From assembly GCA_038496445.1 (NCBI GenBank), contig JALMLS010000466.1, positions 806,001 to 870,000 of the forward strand: DNA of 64,000 bases, written 5' to 3'. The notes below the pieces were generated by a model. The model made no database searches, was not told the origin of the DNA, and was given only the letters and a program-made list of their open reading frames with translations. Source of the stretch: Trichosphaerium sp. ATCC 40318. Its lineage: Eukaryota > Protista > Tubulinea. Positions 31,389 to 45,621 of the stretch are shown piece by piece. Position 1 is the first letter of the stretch. The number at the start of each line of letters is the position of its first letter. The position numbers and the translations under genes are program-made.

Positions 31389-32660
31389 TTACAACCAATC
31401 ATAACTTGAGTTTGTTTCATTACAATCAAAATGAACCAACCACTTAGACAAAGCGAAAGGAAAACACCCAACAACCTTATCAAGTCTTGTATCAATGTGA
31501 GAGCACCATCGTAAAGGACCCCTTCCACCAGAAAGCTGAACACTCCAGGTATATTGCTCATTCCACGGATCTGATAATCCAACAACGCTCATAACTTTGA
31601 AACTACCACTGCTGAAAACAAGCTTCATGGCATCAATTTGAAGTGTTCCAGGTTTACACTTTTTACTAAAAAAAGGCTCTTCAGGCATTCTAATGTCTAC
31701 TATTTTCACGTGATCAACAGATGCTCCTCCAATAATGTTATCTATCAATGTGGTCACTTTTGATAGATCTGGAACTGTGATTACTTCTTTAGGCCCTGAT
31801 CTTGCATCCCATATTTTTGTTATACTTCGGTCTGAAGATAGTACAAGATTTCCACATACTGACGTACGTACTTGACATACAGCAGAGTTATGGCCCGAGA
31901 ATTGAGTTGTTATTTTTGATGTTGGTATATCGTATATCTTTACATTGTTGAGATTGGAGTATGATGTAGCACCATGCACAATTCCAAAGTGAAGAGATTT
32001 GCCTCCAATGCCAAAGGCAAGAGATTTATCAGTAACAAAACACATTCCTATTAAATCACACTTTGTATCCAACTCTGTAAAACATGATACTTTACCATCG
32101 CCATTCCATGTAATGATACCCTCTCCAGTACCTCCAACTATGACATCTTTTTGAATAGCACAAGTACTTACCTTTCCTGAACTAACTTTTTGATGTTCAA
32201 AATGAGTTGTAGAACCTTTTTCTTGAAACATCAAAAAACCACTGTTCTGATGTACACCGCAAATGAAGATCCTGTCTTTGTTGTTTGGATCCATCTTCAA
32301 CTCAGAGATTAAACCTCTACCCTCCCTGAAGCGTATAATCTCTTGGTGTTGTTTAGGATTGTTAACAAAAAAGCTGTTTTTTGCTGAAACTGTTGTTTTC
32401 ATGGCTTCTTTCCATGATTCTGGATCTGACGCTCTTCTATTACCATTTTTATACACCCAGTATGGCATTGGGAATGTTTTGGCGTAAATCTTAGTCCAAA
32501 TAAAGTTTGAGCTACAAATAATGTTCATACGCTCACAAGTAGTTGATAACGCCAAAATATCTTTGTATGAAATGTTAGAGAGTATTCCAACACAAATTTC
32601 GTTGGGTAGACTCCAAAAACGACAGGCGTTGTTCTTAGACGTTAATTTTGTACGTTTCAT
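31389..32660 (-). CDS. Intronless F-box/WD40 protein
   Basis: F-box FWSLPNEICVGILSNISYKDILALSTTCERM...IW; WD repeat FSGHNSAVCQV...SSDRSITKIWDAR; first Met at 32660. Confidence 0.85.
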   Translation of the reverse strand: MKRTKLTSKNNACRFWSLPNEICVGILSNISYKDILALSTTCERMNIICSSNFIWTKIYAKTFPMPYWVYKNGNRRASDPESWKEAMKTTVSAKNSFFVNNPKQHQEIIRFREGRGLISELKMDPNNKDRIFICGVHQNSGFLMFQEKGSTTHFEHQKVSSGKVSTCAIQKDVIVGGTGEGIITWNGDGKVSCFTELDTKCDLIGMCFVTDKSLAFGIGGKSLHFGIVHGATSYSNLNNVKIYDIPTSKITTQFSGHNSAVCQVRTSVCGNLVLSSDRSITKIWDARSGPKEVITVPDLSKVTTLIDNIIGGASVDHVKIVDIRMPEEPFFSKKCKPGTLQIDAMKLVFSSGSFKVMSVVGLSDPWNEQYTWSVQLSGGRGPLRWCSHIDTRLDKVVGCFPFALSKWLVHFDCNETNSSYDWL

Positions 32661-33103
32661 TTGATGATTTATAACTCGGCTGTTAACGTGCAAAAGTTGT
32701 TTTACTCACTTAATACAAAGTGATTTAAGTTCTCTTTAAACAATCAACACAGACACTTTTGCAATCATGGTGTGGCATGTTATGGAGATGGTATCCTCTT
32801 CAATGTGCTATAGAGTGATGTTATAGGTACCAAAATGTACTGGTGTCTTGTTGTAATATGAGTTACATATTAATTGAAACTGGCCAAAGAGCTACACTCT
32901 GAGAGGCTAGAATTACTAAGACATGAATACACTTATTAATAAAAAAACAACAAGAGTCAGTTAAATAAATGTGTTGTTTAGGTTTTTTTTTATCTAACAA
33001 TCTTTTACAGCAGATTACTTTTTGTTTTGTTTTACAGTTGCACGTGCATGAGAGTACTCTTTTTTTTTTTTTTTTTCTTGTTTGTTATTTTTCTTTACTT
33101 TGT

Positions 33104-36100
33104 TTAAAAGTACTTGGATTTAGATGATGATGATCTTGAATTAAAGTACCAAACAAGTACAATCACAAAACATATTTGGAATATAATAAAATATGTCCAG
33201 AAGCTAAAAGATGAAGAAGTAGCAATAACCTCAGCTAATTCCTGCTTATTCCTTCTCATTTCGCCTGCAATATTATTTCCATGTTGCTTAGTATCCTTTG
33301 AAAACAAAATTAGTACGACAAGCAAAAATATCATGGAAAAAAGAAACTGTGGCATTACAACTTTGAAGAAAAAAAACGTTGTTTTTTGTCAACCACCTCA
33401 AAGAGATGACAGAAAGTAAAATTGCAAGTTTGGACTGAGATCAAGTAATTTCATACTCCCTCTACTCTTTCAAAATGAGCCAACAGCGCTAGTAGTTTTT
33501 TCACTATCTGAAAATTTTGCGAAAAAAAAAGCGACTCTTTCTTCGTTTTTTCGGCAATCAAGAAGGATTTATGCTGTCATAAATGTTGTGTATTGTTTCA
33601 CATAGACGTACGGCTACATTTCGTGAAATTTGTGCAACATAGTTGTGCATAGTAGAGACGTCTCCTTTAAGAGTTGCAACAGCACCAGAAAGCTCAGAAA
33701 CTGATTTATGAAGATTTTGTGACTCCATTTGCAAATCAGATCTCTTTAATAGGTCTGCAGGAAGTCTTGGGATATTAGAAATAGCTTGTTGTACTTGTTG
33801 AATAGTCTGACGGAGCTGTGCGAAACCTTGTGTTTGTTCTCTTATTAGTGTATCTATTTTTGTTGTTTGAGAAGTAAGAGCTGATTCTAAGCGTGTAATA
33901 CGTTGCAAAGCATCCTAAAGAAAAAAATTAGGAGACGAAATAATTGAGAAAAAAGAAGGAAAAAGTTCTTCTAGCATCCTTTCTACTACCAAGGGTTTGG
34001 ATCGAAAAGTAGTACTAAGAATGAAATGCGAATATACTTATGTATGTTATATGCAATGAAAATGATAAAAGAAAGTATTACTAAATACTCCAAGAGCGTT
34101 TAAAAACTTGAACAAGTCTTTTTTTTTGAGTTTCACTTACCGCAATATTTCTTGAATCTGTGTTACTGTTACCAGTGTTAACAGCTTGCTGTTGTTGGGT
34201 TTGTATATTTTGTTGGTTGTTATTATTAACAGCATTATTGAGATTATTATTCTGCCCTGGAAGGTTTCCAGCTTGTCCATTTGAGTTGAGTGGATGTGTT
34301 CCAACATTAGCTTGATTATTCGCTTGAAAATTTTGAGCTTGTGTATTTGTTCCAGGCAAGTTTTGTGGTACTTGATTATTCTGTGGTACTTGTCCTACAT
34401 TCGCTTGATTGTTATTGTTGTTGGCGTTTAGGTTTTGTGAATTCTGTGGTATGTTATTCTGTTGTTGGGTGTTGACGTTGTTCTGAAGGTTTTGGATGTT
34501 CCGCTGTTGTTGTGCGTTCAACTGTTGGTTGCTTTGTGGAATATTCTGTGCAGCTGCGTTTGCTTGGTTTAATTGCTGGTTGGTTTGTGGAACTTGTTGT
34601 TGCTGTTGTTGCGTGTTCGATGCAATATTACTGTTTACATTGTTGTTATTAGTTGCACGATAGCCTTGTGTAGCTTGGGCTTGTTGGGGCTTGTTTGGAT
34701 CATATGGCGCTTCATACGAATATGTAACAAATTGATAAACATCATGATTATCAGTAATGGCACCTAAAACATAAGTCAAACCAGAGAGGAAGCCGAAGAA
34801 AAAAAAACAGTTTCTCAGAGTGGCTTGTGCGTTGTTGGTTTTTTTCTTGTTTTGTGGTTTTTTGGTTTTATTTGACGTACCTGTTGCAGCAGAAGTACCA
34901 AGATAGTATCCTTTTGGTAGTTGTACATCACCAACGTCAATACACTTTACCCAATTGCCACGGTTGTTTGCATCAACGAAAACCATCAATCTATTGTTTT
35001 GATAGTATACACGTATCATCGCATGAGTCTGGTGTCCAGTGTATCTAAAAAAAAATAAATGACAACGCTATTACACTTCAAAAAAACAGAAAAAAATGGG
35101 TAAGAATCGCAGTCCTGGAAATAAGTACCTTAGGTTTGGTGCCATACAATATCCTAGAGCTTGAGATTTTCCATCTCTATCATGTTGGTACGCTTTTGTT
35201 CCGTCGTTGAGGACCTATTTAGGACGCATATCAGTCAAGAAACATGCGATACACCAAAAATGTCAAAAAAAACAAGTGATAACGATCATTTTCTTCTTTG
35301 TTGATATCACCATACAGGAGAATATTACTGTATTTATTACCGAAAGTATTAGAGGCTTTGGCTTTATTTGAGGTTCGGAATTTGAAAAGAGAGAAAAAAA
35401 AAAAAGAAAAACGTCATTTGATGAAAACAGGTAAATGTACCGCGACAATACTTGGATTATCTCTTCCGCGATCATTATCAAATGTATCTACAAAGATACC
35501 AAGACCTTTCCATTGATCTCTTGATCCGTACACAGGACCTTGCATTTGTCCTTGTTCTACATACCATATGCCAAGACCATCAGCACCGATTCTATTAGGA
35601 CCACCAATACTAACTTTTACCTCAATAGACCAATGCTCGAAATTTAATGGCTACCGATTAGGGTTAGTTATTGTTTATTGCAATTTTAGCGTGTCTGAAG
35701 ACGTATGGTGGACGCCAACTAAGATATAGGGCGTTTGTTTGAATTAAAAAAAAAAGCGCAACGTGGTTGCTATTTGGTATGTCAGTTTCGCGTGTTCTTA
35801 CCCTAGTGTTCCACATATATCCATTCTTGCTCGTTGCTGCAGGCGTTAACCTGACAAATTCATCGAGTACTACTGTAGCTCCACCATATTCCCAGTTAGG
35901 GATGTTATTACCTCTAACTACTCATTTGTTAGCGTGGATAGACCGCTAGTTTGGGTAGAAAAAATGTTTAGCGTACCAAAGACGAAAGGGCTTCTAAACG
36001 AATTAACAAACCTATATATACCCCTAGAGGAAGGATAAGGCAGTTGAGATGCGATTTGTGACTCTGATATAGCCAGAAAGCATGGAATTAATGCTAGAGC

Positions 36101-36127
36101 AATCAACACGCGTAGGGGCTGAAGCAT
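33104..36127 (-). CDS. L-type lectin cargo receptor (ERGIC-53/LMAN1-like) with a Q/N-rich insert and coiled-coil stalk
   Basis: Signal peptide; GADGLGIWY, GPVYGS, GLGIFVDTFDND, LPKGYYLGTSAATG...DNHDV; coiled coil; C-terminal TM; tail KSKYF (dilysine/di-aromatic type). Confidence 0.88.
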
Positions 36128-36408
36128 GTTAATGCAGACAATCAAGAAAGCTTTTTCCTGACTTAGTTTTGACCTTGAAAGAAAAAACCACTGAATGTCC
36201 TCCAATAAGGCTCAACGTACGGAAACTAGCTACACGAACTACCTTAAGCTTCAAATACAGTTGTAGATCCGAAAAATAAAAAGATATTGTTTTATGACGT
36301 GGCACGTGTGAGAAAAACCGTTACAGTAGTGGTAATATTTAAGAAAAAGATGGTGTTGTTGTTTTCCATTTATTTACAATGTTGATAAAAATTAAATGTG
36401 GCAAGAGG

Positions 36409-38679
36409 TTATTGGGTAGATTCGATACTAGGTTCTTCAAGAGTAGTCATGTATGTATCGAATGCAGTAATTTGAGTACTTCCTCTTGTTCCTAAAGCCA
36501 GTTATTCTTTACTTTTTTGCGGCGGAGATTGCTTTCATTATCTTACCTCCCATGATAGATTGTAGTTCCTTTTTCTTCTCCTCTTCCTTCTCACGAGCAG
36601 ATCTTATACCGCTCTCTTGAATTGTGATAACTAGATACGCCATAATCGTCATACCTACAAAGAAGGTGGTGAATAACAACGAAGCTGCTTTTTTTGCTTT
36701 TATTGGATAAAGGATGTAAACGAAAGGTGTACCTATTGCTGCGTATACGACAACAATAAACCGAGCTCCTCCACTATCGGCAGTTAGATCACCAAAACCG
36801 ATTGTTGTCAAAGTGCCAGCAGTGAAGTACATGGCATCCACGAAATTCCTGATCAGATTGTTAGTTTCTGAATCCACAATCTTTCCCAGGTGTACCATTT
36901 TTCAAGTGCTGAGAAAATACCACTGCCAATTAGGAACAGCACAAGTGCCATTGCAAATGCAATACTCAATTGTATATAAATTGGTAGTGAGGTGTACTTT
37001 TCAAGTACCCAACGGAAGCAACGACGCCTAGATTACATTCAAATATATCAATGTTGAATTTCTCTTTTCATACTTCTCTGGTTGATAATCAAAATTGTGC
37101 TCCTTCTTCTCTCGTTCTCGAGATGATATACGTTGTACAACGTAAAGCATATAAAACTTAAAGGCAAGTATAGAAAGCACAAAAATAACCAAATAAAGTT
37201 TTGCTCCATTTTCTGTTTTAGAATTCATTGTAAGCTTCATTGAATCTTAGTTTACGCACTTGAAGGTACAACGTCGCCATAACCAATTGTTGTTACAGTT
37301 ACACAAACAAAGTAAAGGGCCTAACAAACATATGATTAGTGATCATTAAAGAGAACCAGGAGATGGTGAGCATACCTCGCCGAAACTCCAATCATCCACA
37401 ATTAAGAAAATAATAAGAGAAAAAATACAAAACACCGCTGCTGCACCCATAGATACTAAAAAACCAGCACGATCACCGGATAAAAAACGCTTTGCGCGCT
37501 TATAGAAACCGGACGACAATGGAAGTGCACCTTGCTGAGCCAATACTTTACCTAAAAATCCGAAATAGTAAGCCAACAAAAACTATCAAAAATTCGGTCA
37601 CCTTGTTGAGTTGCGATTTGTGAAATGACACATAACGTCACTACCTTAACACCGAGACACCAAATCACAACGAATATTAATAGAACCTGGCCACCTTTTG
37701 AACCGGGTTCAAAGTCACCATAACCTTTGAAACGTCAGAACATGTCATGTAAAAACATTTGTTTTGAAAGCCATTAGCACCTGTATTTGAAATTACCGCG
37801 GCAGCAAAGTAAATTGAGTTAATGAAATTCCACTTTTCTATTAGCCCAAATGTTAATGCTATGAAGCAAAATGTAATCAAAAATGTCGAAATACACCAAA
37901 ACAACTAAATTAAGAGTCAATATTGTTGAACACAATGGACGTCCTCAAATGACGCCAATGAGCGCACACTATTTCCAATAAAATCAGTCCAATGACCACT
38001 TTGAGGTATCCTATTGTTCATGAGTATTTGTCTCTCTTCTTCAGATTCTTGCATCCTACACAGACACATTTAAAACACTATAGTTTATGGATATAATAAG
38101 AAATAAGCACAAGAACTAACCTTTTTGCCCTTGCAGCGTATGCACGTGCAACAATACTTAGCATATAAGCTAATGCACCTAGTGTGAAGAATGCAAAGAA
38201 AATAAGTAACACTCTACCAGCCACAGTAATAGGAAGACTCGAATTAAGTCGTCCATAACCTAAAACTATACTTCAACAAAAACAACAAAAAAAAAACTTG
38301 AAAGTCTGTTTTTTTTCTGACACGTGAAGTATAAATTCGAGAATTAAACTAAATTGGTTTTGAAACGAACCCACTGTTGTTACAACCATAGTCGAGAAGT
38401 AAAAGCCTAACATGTGCATGTCAATGACATAAAATGCCAATAATTCGTAAAAAGCCGTGTTTCAAGCCTCCTTTACCTTGTAGCGCGGACCAGCGCTCAA
38501 TACCACAAAATATACCGACACCAGCAGCCCATGTTAGTACAATACATCCTATCGCAATTGCCAGACGTAGGGCCTCACTCCTAAGCTTAAACCAATGCAA
38601 GCGCTTAGCGCCCTTTCAAAAATGTGAGTATTTACAACAAGAACGCGCTTACAAAGTCAAGAGGATAACTAGATGACAT
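36409..38679 (-). CDS. Potassium channel with four pore domains in one chain (8TM/4P), ~500 aa, 13 introns
   Basis: Manual GT-AG splicing gives one open frame with four TM-W..F..YF-filter-TM modules: TTVGYG, SNTGYG, TTIGYG, TTIGFG. Confidence 0.85.
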
Positions 38680-38911
38680 GCTATCACCAAACCATGAGGC
38701 TTAGAAGGCAAAAAAGAGGCAGTCAAGAAAAGTAAGTGTCATTTTCGAAAATTCTTGATTTTTCCAAGGTGGAAGCTTTCTTTTTACTTAATTACTATGA
38801 CAAACGCTCGTTATTACAAGTCTTGTCGCTATAACAGCTTTCTTTTTTTTTTGAGAAATGCGACTTTTTGTTTTGTGTAAGTTGTTTTTAGCGTTAATAC
38901 TACGCCTAAGC

Positions 38912-41522
<2,611 letters not shown>

Positions 41523-41834
41523 TTTAGAGGGAAATTATGACAGTGGTAAGTCGGAGAAAGCGAAAAGGCTTAACATGTCACCTGTTTGCAAAAGGGACTT
41601 ACGTGCTACGATTGATGACAGGGAACGCTTTTCTATTTTCTTTTGTGACATTGCGACAAATGACAGGTTGCGAAAAAGCAACGGAGAATCAAATAAAAAT
41701 GATGTTTTTTAGGTCTGTTGTAAAACAGGCACGTGGCAACTAATTGTGCATTTCTGTATTCTTCAATTGTGATATGTGAAGTGTTCCGGGTAAAACAGTC
41801 CCTCGCTTTTACTATCACAACAAATAGCTACGAG

Positions 41835-43415
41835 TTACTCAAAGTATGGTCCAGGAGTTTTCAGATCAACGTCTGCAGGTGGGATTCGATTTGTTATTTT
41901 TTCATTCACATGTTACTACAAAAAAAGGGAGCGATAACCTAGGTTAATGCCTGCTCTATAGAGCAACGCAGCCTTGTGTTGTACAAGTAGTACAACCTTG
42001 CGTATTTTGTTGAATGTCAATCTTGCCAATATGCTAAGTTGTTTTAGCTCAGTTGAACTCAGTAACTTGTACCTCAGGATATGCACTTGTATCAGTGAGC
42101 TTTGATAATGCTGAGCAGTTTCCTTGCAATATTCCTTGTGAAAACGCATTCACAGCTCCTGAAACAAACTTTTGATAAGCCTTGTAATCAGCATGCTTGT
42201 TAGGGTTGCCATGGCATAGCAAATCTACGACAAACAAGTTATTTTTCTATATGATTGTGCTGATGCATATAACTTACGAACAGTAGGAGTTATCCACCAA
42301 TCTAAGAAGTCTCCATGGCCCCTTTAGCGTTTGTTAAAAGAATTAAAATGATTAATAAGTGAGCACCATTGCGTAGCATTCAAAGACCAAACAGGGCATA
42401 GTGCCGCATTGTAGAATCTTGGGAAATTTCTTCCCGTAGGTGCACAAGACGGAAAAAGCTTTTCAGTAGGTATAGGTCCATAGCCTAGAATACATGAGTA
42501 TGTATGGCTTTAATCAAAGTATAGTACTTACCTGTACCCAATACAAAAGTTGGAATTGAAAAGTTAAGCTTGTGTGGAGGATGAATGACGAAATCGTCAA
42601 TAATACCCCAAGGATCAGATCCATCAACTGGGTTCAATAAAATACTTGCTGTTATTCCTTTAGTGCATCTATCAACTAGTAGCTTTGTGACCTGAAAAGA
42701 AAGATGTTAACCCAGGATTAGGAATATCTTTGTACCATCTTTGATCCAGCAGAGTGACCCATAACAGCAACACGCTCGAAATCAGCAATGACACCACTAC
42801 CTATACGCTTTTCCAAATCCGCATTAAGATGTAACCTAGCCCAGTCTAAGACTTTACCAAATTTTGTCGCTATACTATCGAGTGGTATGGATGGCAGCGT
42901 AGATACACCAACCTGAAAAAGTTTAAGTACTACTACTTCATCTTGTCGGTTAAATAAAAGCGTGTCAGAACTTACAACAATGAAACCATGAGAAGCAACT
43001 TGATTAATGAAAGTGGTGTATCCTAGTACGGGAACATCACCTGCCTAACAACAGTGTCAGAAAAACAAAATGTTGTCATAATAGGCCAAGTACCAAACCA
43101 GGCAAGAACATGATAACTGCATAATCCCCCGCCTGTTTTGGAGCTGTTACTCTTATGTTGTACAATGGTCCCTTACAGCGTATTATATTACTATCTTGCA
43201 CCTTTTGACGCACTTCTTTACTGTGAAAAACATCAAAGCTCTTTAGAGCTAATGTACCCTCTTCAAACGGCTCACCCTCGTACACGAATGTACTTGTAGC
43301 TACGTAATGACATTAATACCGTTTTTTACAAAACAAGTAAACCAACGACATTCTGTATACCTGTGGATGATAGAAATAACACAGTACAAACGATAATCAA
43401 TAGATTTGGCAGCAT
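41835..43415 (-). CDS. Secreted chlorophyllase-like alpha/beta hydrolase
   Basis: Signal peptide; APKQAGDYAVIMFLPG...YTTFINQVASHGFIVV; nucleophile GHSAG; LLNPVDG; SCAP...FY; GHGDFLD, in the motif order of plant/bacterial chlorophyllases. Confidence 0.8.
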
Positions 43416-43547
43416 CGGTTAAGTACAATAAAAAAAAAAGAGCACAAATAGTCAAATGTGTTAAAAGCAGCAACAAAATTTAACCACTCCTCCCTAAGCA
43501 AGCAAAAAATGAGCTTGTACCTACCACCCACTTGTTAATAATCTACC

Positions 43548-44740
43548 ATGTCAATACCACTACAGTGCGTAGCAAAGGAAAATAGCAAAGGTACGGAATT
43601 CTCGTGCGCAAGTGCACCGCAAGGTGTCGTATGATACGTCTTTATTACGTCCATACTTGCGGTTTTGAAACAATAAAAAGCAAACCCAACGTATAAAAAA
43701 AAAGCTAAAAGTAAAAAAGGTTCGCTCTCTCTGGGCGCATTATCGCTCCCAGCGCTTGGTGTAACAGAATCATCTGAAGACCCAACTATTGCACTATTGT
43801 CACTATTGAAAACAACCGTAAGGAATAGCGGAGCAATTCCACAACCTAATTATTTACCTGCACAAATGCACCAAACCACTTCAGTACGCATTAGTTTTTT
43901 TATCATCAAAAGGTTTTATTATTTCTTTCTAACCCAATCCACTCCTACAGCATGATTATGAGGAACCCATATTTGTAAACGCCAAACAATATCATCGAAT
44001 CTTAAAAAGAAGACAACAGAGGGCCAAACTTTCTCAAGTAAACAAACTACAAAAATTGAACAACAGGTAACCGTTTTTGAACGTCTTATTAGGCATACAG
44101 TATTTTTTTTCTGACATACTTTCTTTTTTGTAGCTACATTTACGAATCTCGTCACCAGAACGCCGTCAAGTACGTACAAGTTCACCAAAAGCTTGTTCTC
44201 AATTGTTTTTGTTCATTTTTTTTTTAATTTTTTCTCCCTCTCTAGGCGTAAACGAGACCATACGGGTAGGTTTCGTAAAAAGCAGAAAATAGGAAATAAA
44301 ATCGATGATACTGTGGTACAGGTAAAGAAAAAAACAGATTTGGATATCCAATTTTGTTGTACACCATTTTTTCTAATTTTTCTTCCTCGTTTTAGTCACT
44401 ACAACCCACACCTTCAAAAGACGATACTCCAACAACACCTGAAGAGCAAAATAAACCATTAGACACCTCCACTGCCCCAGAAAGTTCTCAAATCACTGAT
44501 AATATCTTAAACACTCAACCAACCTCACCTATTGCTGTACCACCACCTTCTCGAGATGAGTCTATAGACGGACAAGTTGTTGACACGGAATCAGGGTATG
44601 TTATTGGCTACTAAGCGCAATACAATTTTTTTATTGTTAAATGCCATGTGTACCGTTTCTAACTTGTTTATATTAGATGTCCTGCACCTATTGTAACAAA
44701 AGTGAGCCACACTGCTCAGGATTTAACCGAGATAAACTAA
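43548..44740 (+). CDS. NFYA: CCAAT-binding factor subunit NF-YA (HAP2)
   Basis: EEPIFVNAKQYHRILKRRQQRAKL...YIYESRHQNAVKRKRDHTGRF. Start codon is tentative. Confidence 0.88.
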
Positions 44741-44976
44741 AATCTTAAAAACCCGATGAACGAAGAAACCTTGATCTACCTTTTCTCTGTGTCCTTCTCA
44801 GAAACCTTTTTTATGGCGAAAGGATAAAACAAATATAATATACGCAATTTATGTTGCGTGTCACCTGTAAAAAAAAAAGCCCAAAAATGTAACACGTGTA
44901 AATAAAAACGAAAAGTACAACAGCAAAAAAAAAGCCCAAAAACCAAAAACCGTTTATTTATATTTGTACAGGGAAG

Positions 44977-45485
44977 TCACTTTTTAGATCCTCCAAGACA
45001 GTTTGGTGATGTATGATTTATTTTTTTTCCTTTCGCTTCCCATTTCTCAGGTGTCATTGTTTTAAGACTCAGGGCGTGTACTCCTGTCTGCATTTCGTCT
45101 TTTAAAGTAGCGTATATCATTTGATGTTGTTTAACCAACATTTGGTTTTTAAATAGCTCAGAAACGATTTCTACCTTATTTGTACTGTTAATTAGATGAA
45201 ACTATTAATGTTATTACTTTAAAGTGCGTCTCTGATCCTTGGGGTACGTTGTGTTTGTAGCTTTCGTTCTCTATTGTCATGTGGAGTGGTTTATACTCAG
45301 TTGAAAGTTTTTTGCGGATTGAGGCCTCTATAGGGGCGCTCATGGTGTATTTACGCGTAGAGACTCTGTTTTTCACTGTTCTGCGAGGTACAGCTATGGA
45401 ATATAGTTAGAGTAAATATAACTGCTGTTCGAACAGTACCAGATGATTTGCTGTATGCGTTCAATACTGTAGAGCGTAGAAACAT
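44977..45485 (-). CDS. BOLA1: BolA-family protein (BOLA1-like), probably mitochondrial
   Basis: IENESYKHNVPQGSETHFKV...HQMIYATLKDEMQTGVHALSL...SPNCLGG; Arg/Ser/Thr-rich leader. Confidence 0.9.
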
Positions 45486-45621
45486 TGCTAAAGTCAAAGC
45501 CAGTATTTTACACATGAAGAACAGCACGTGTAACGCTATGGCGTTTGGTGGTAGCTCAATTAGATAATAACGACATTTTTGAAGTACTTCGCTGTGTTTT
45601 TCGTCCTCTCGCGCTGTCGTC

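Noticed and set aside
41835-45485. Chlorophyllase, NF-YA and BolA as an extension of a tetrapyrrole/iron cluster with CPOX-FECH
   Set aside because: They are separated from the heme pair by more than 10 kb of unrelated genes; the thematic link is too loose.
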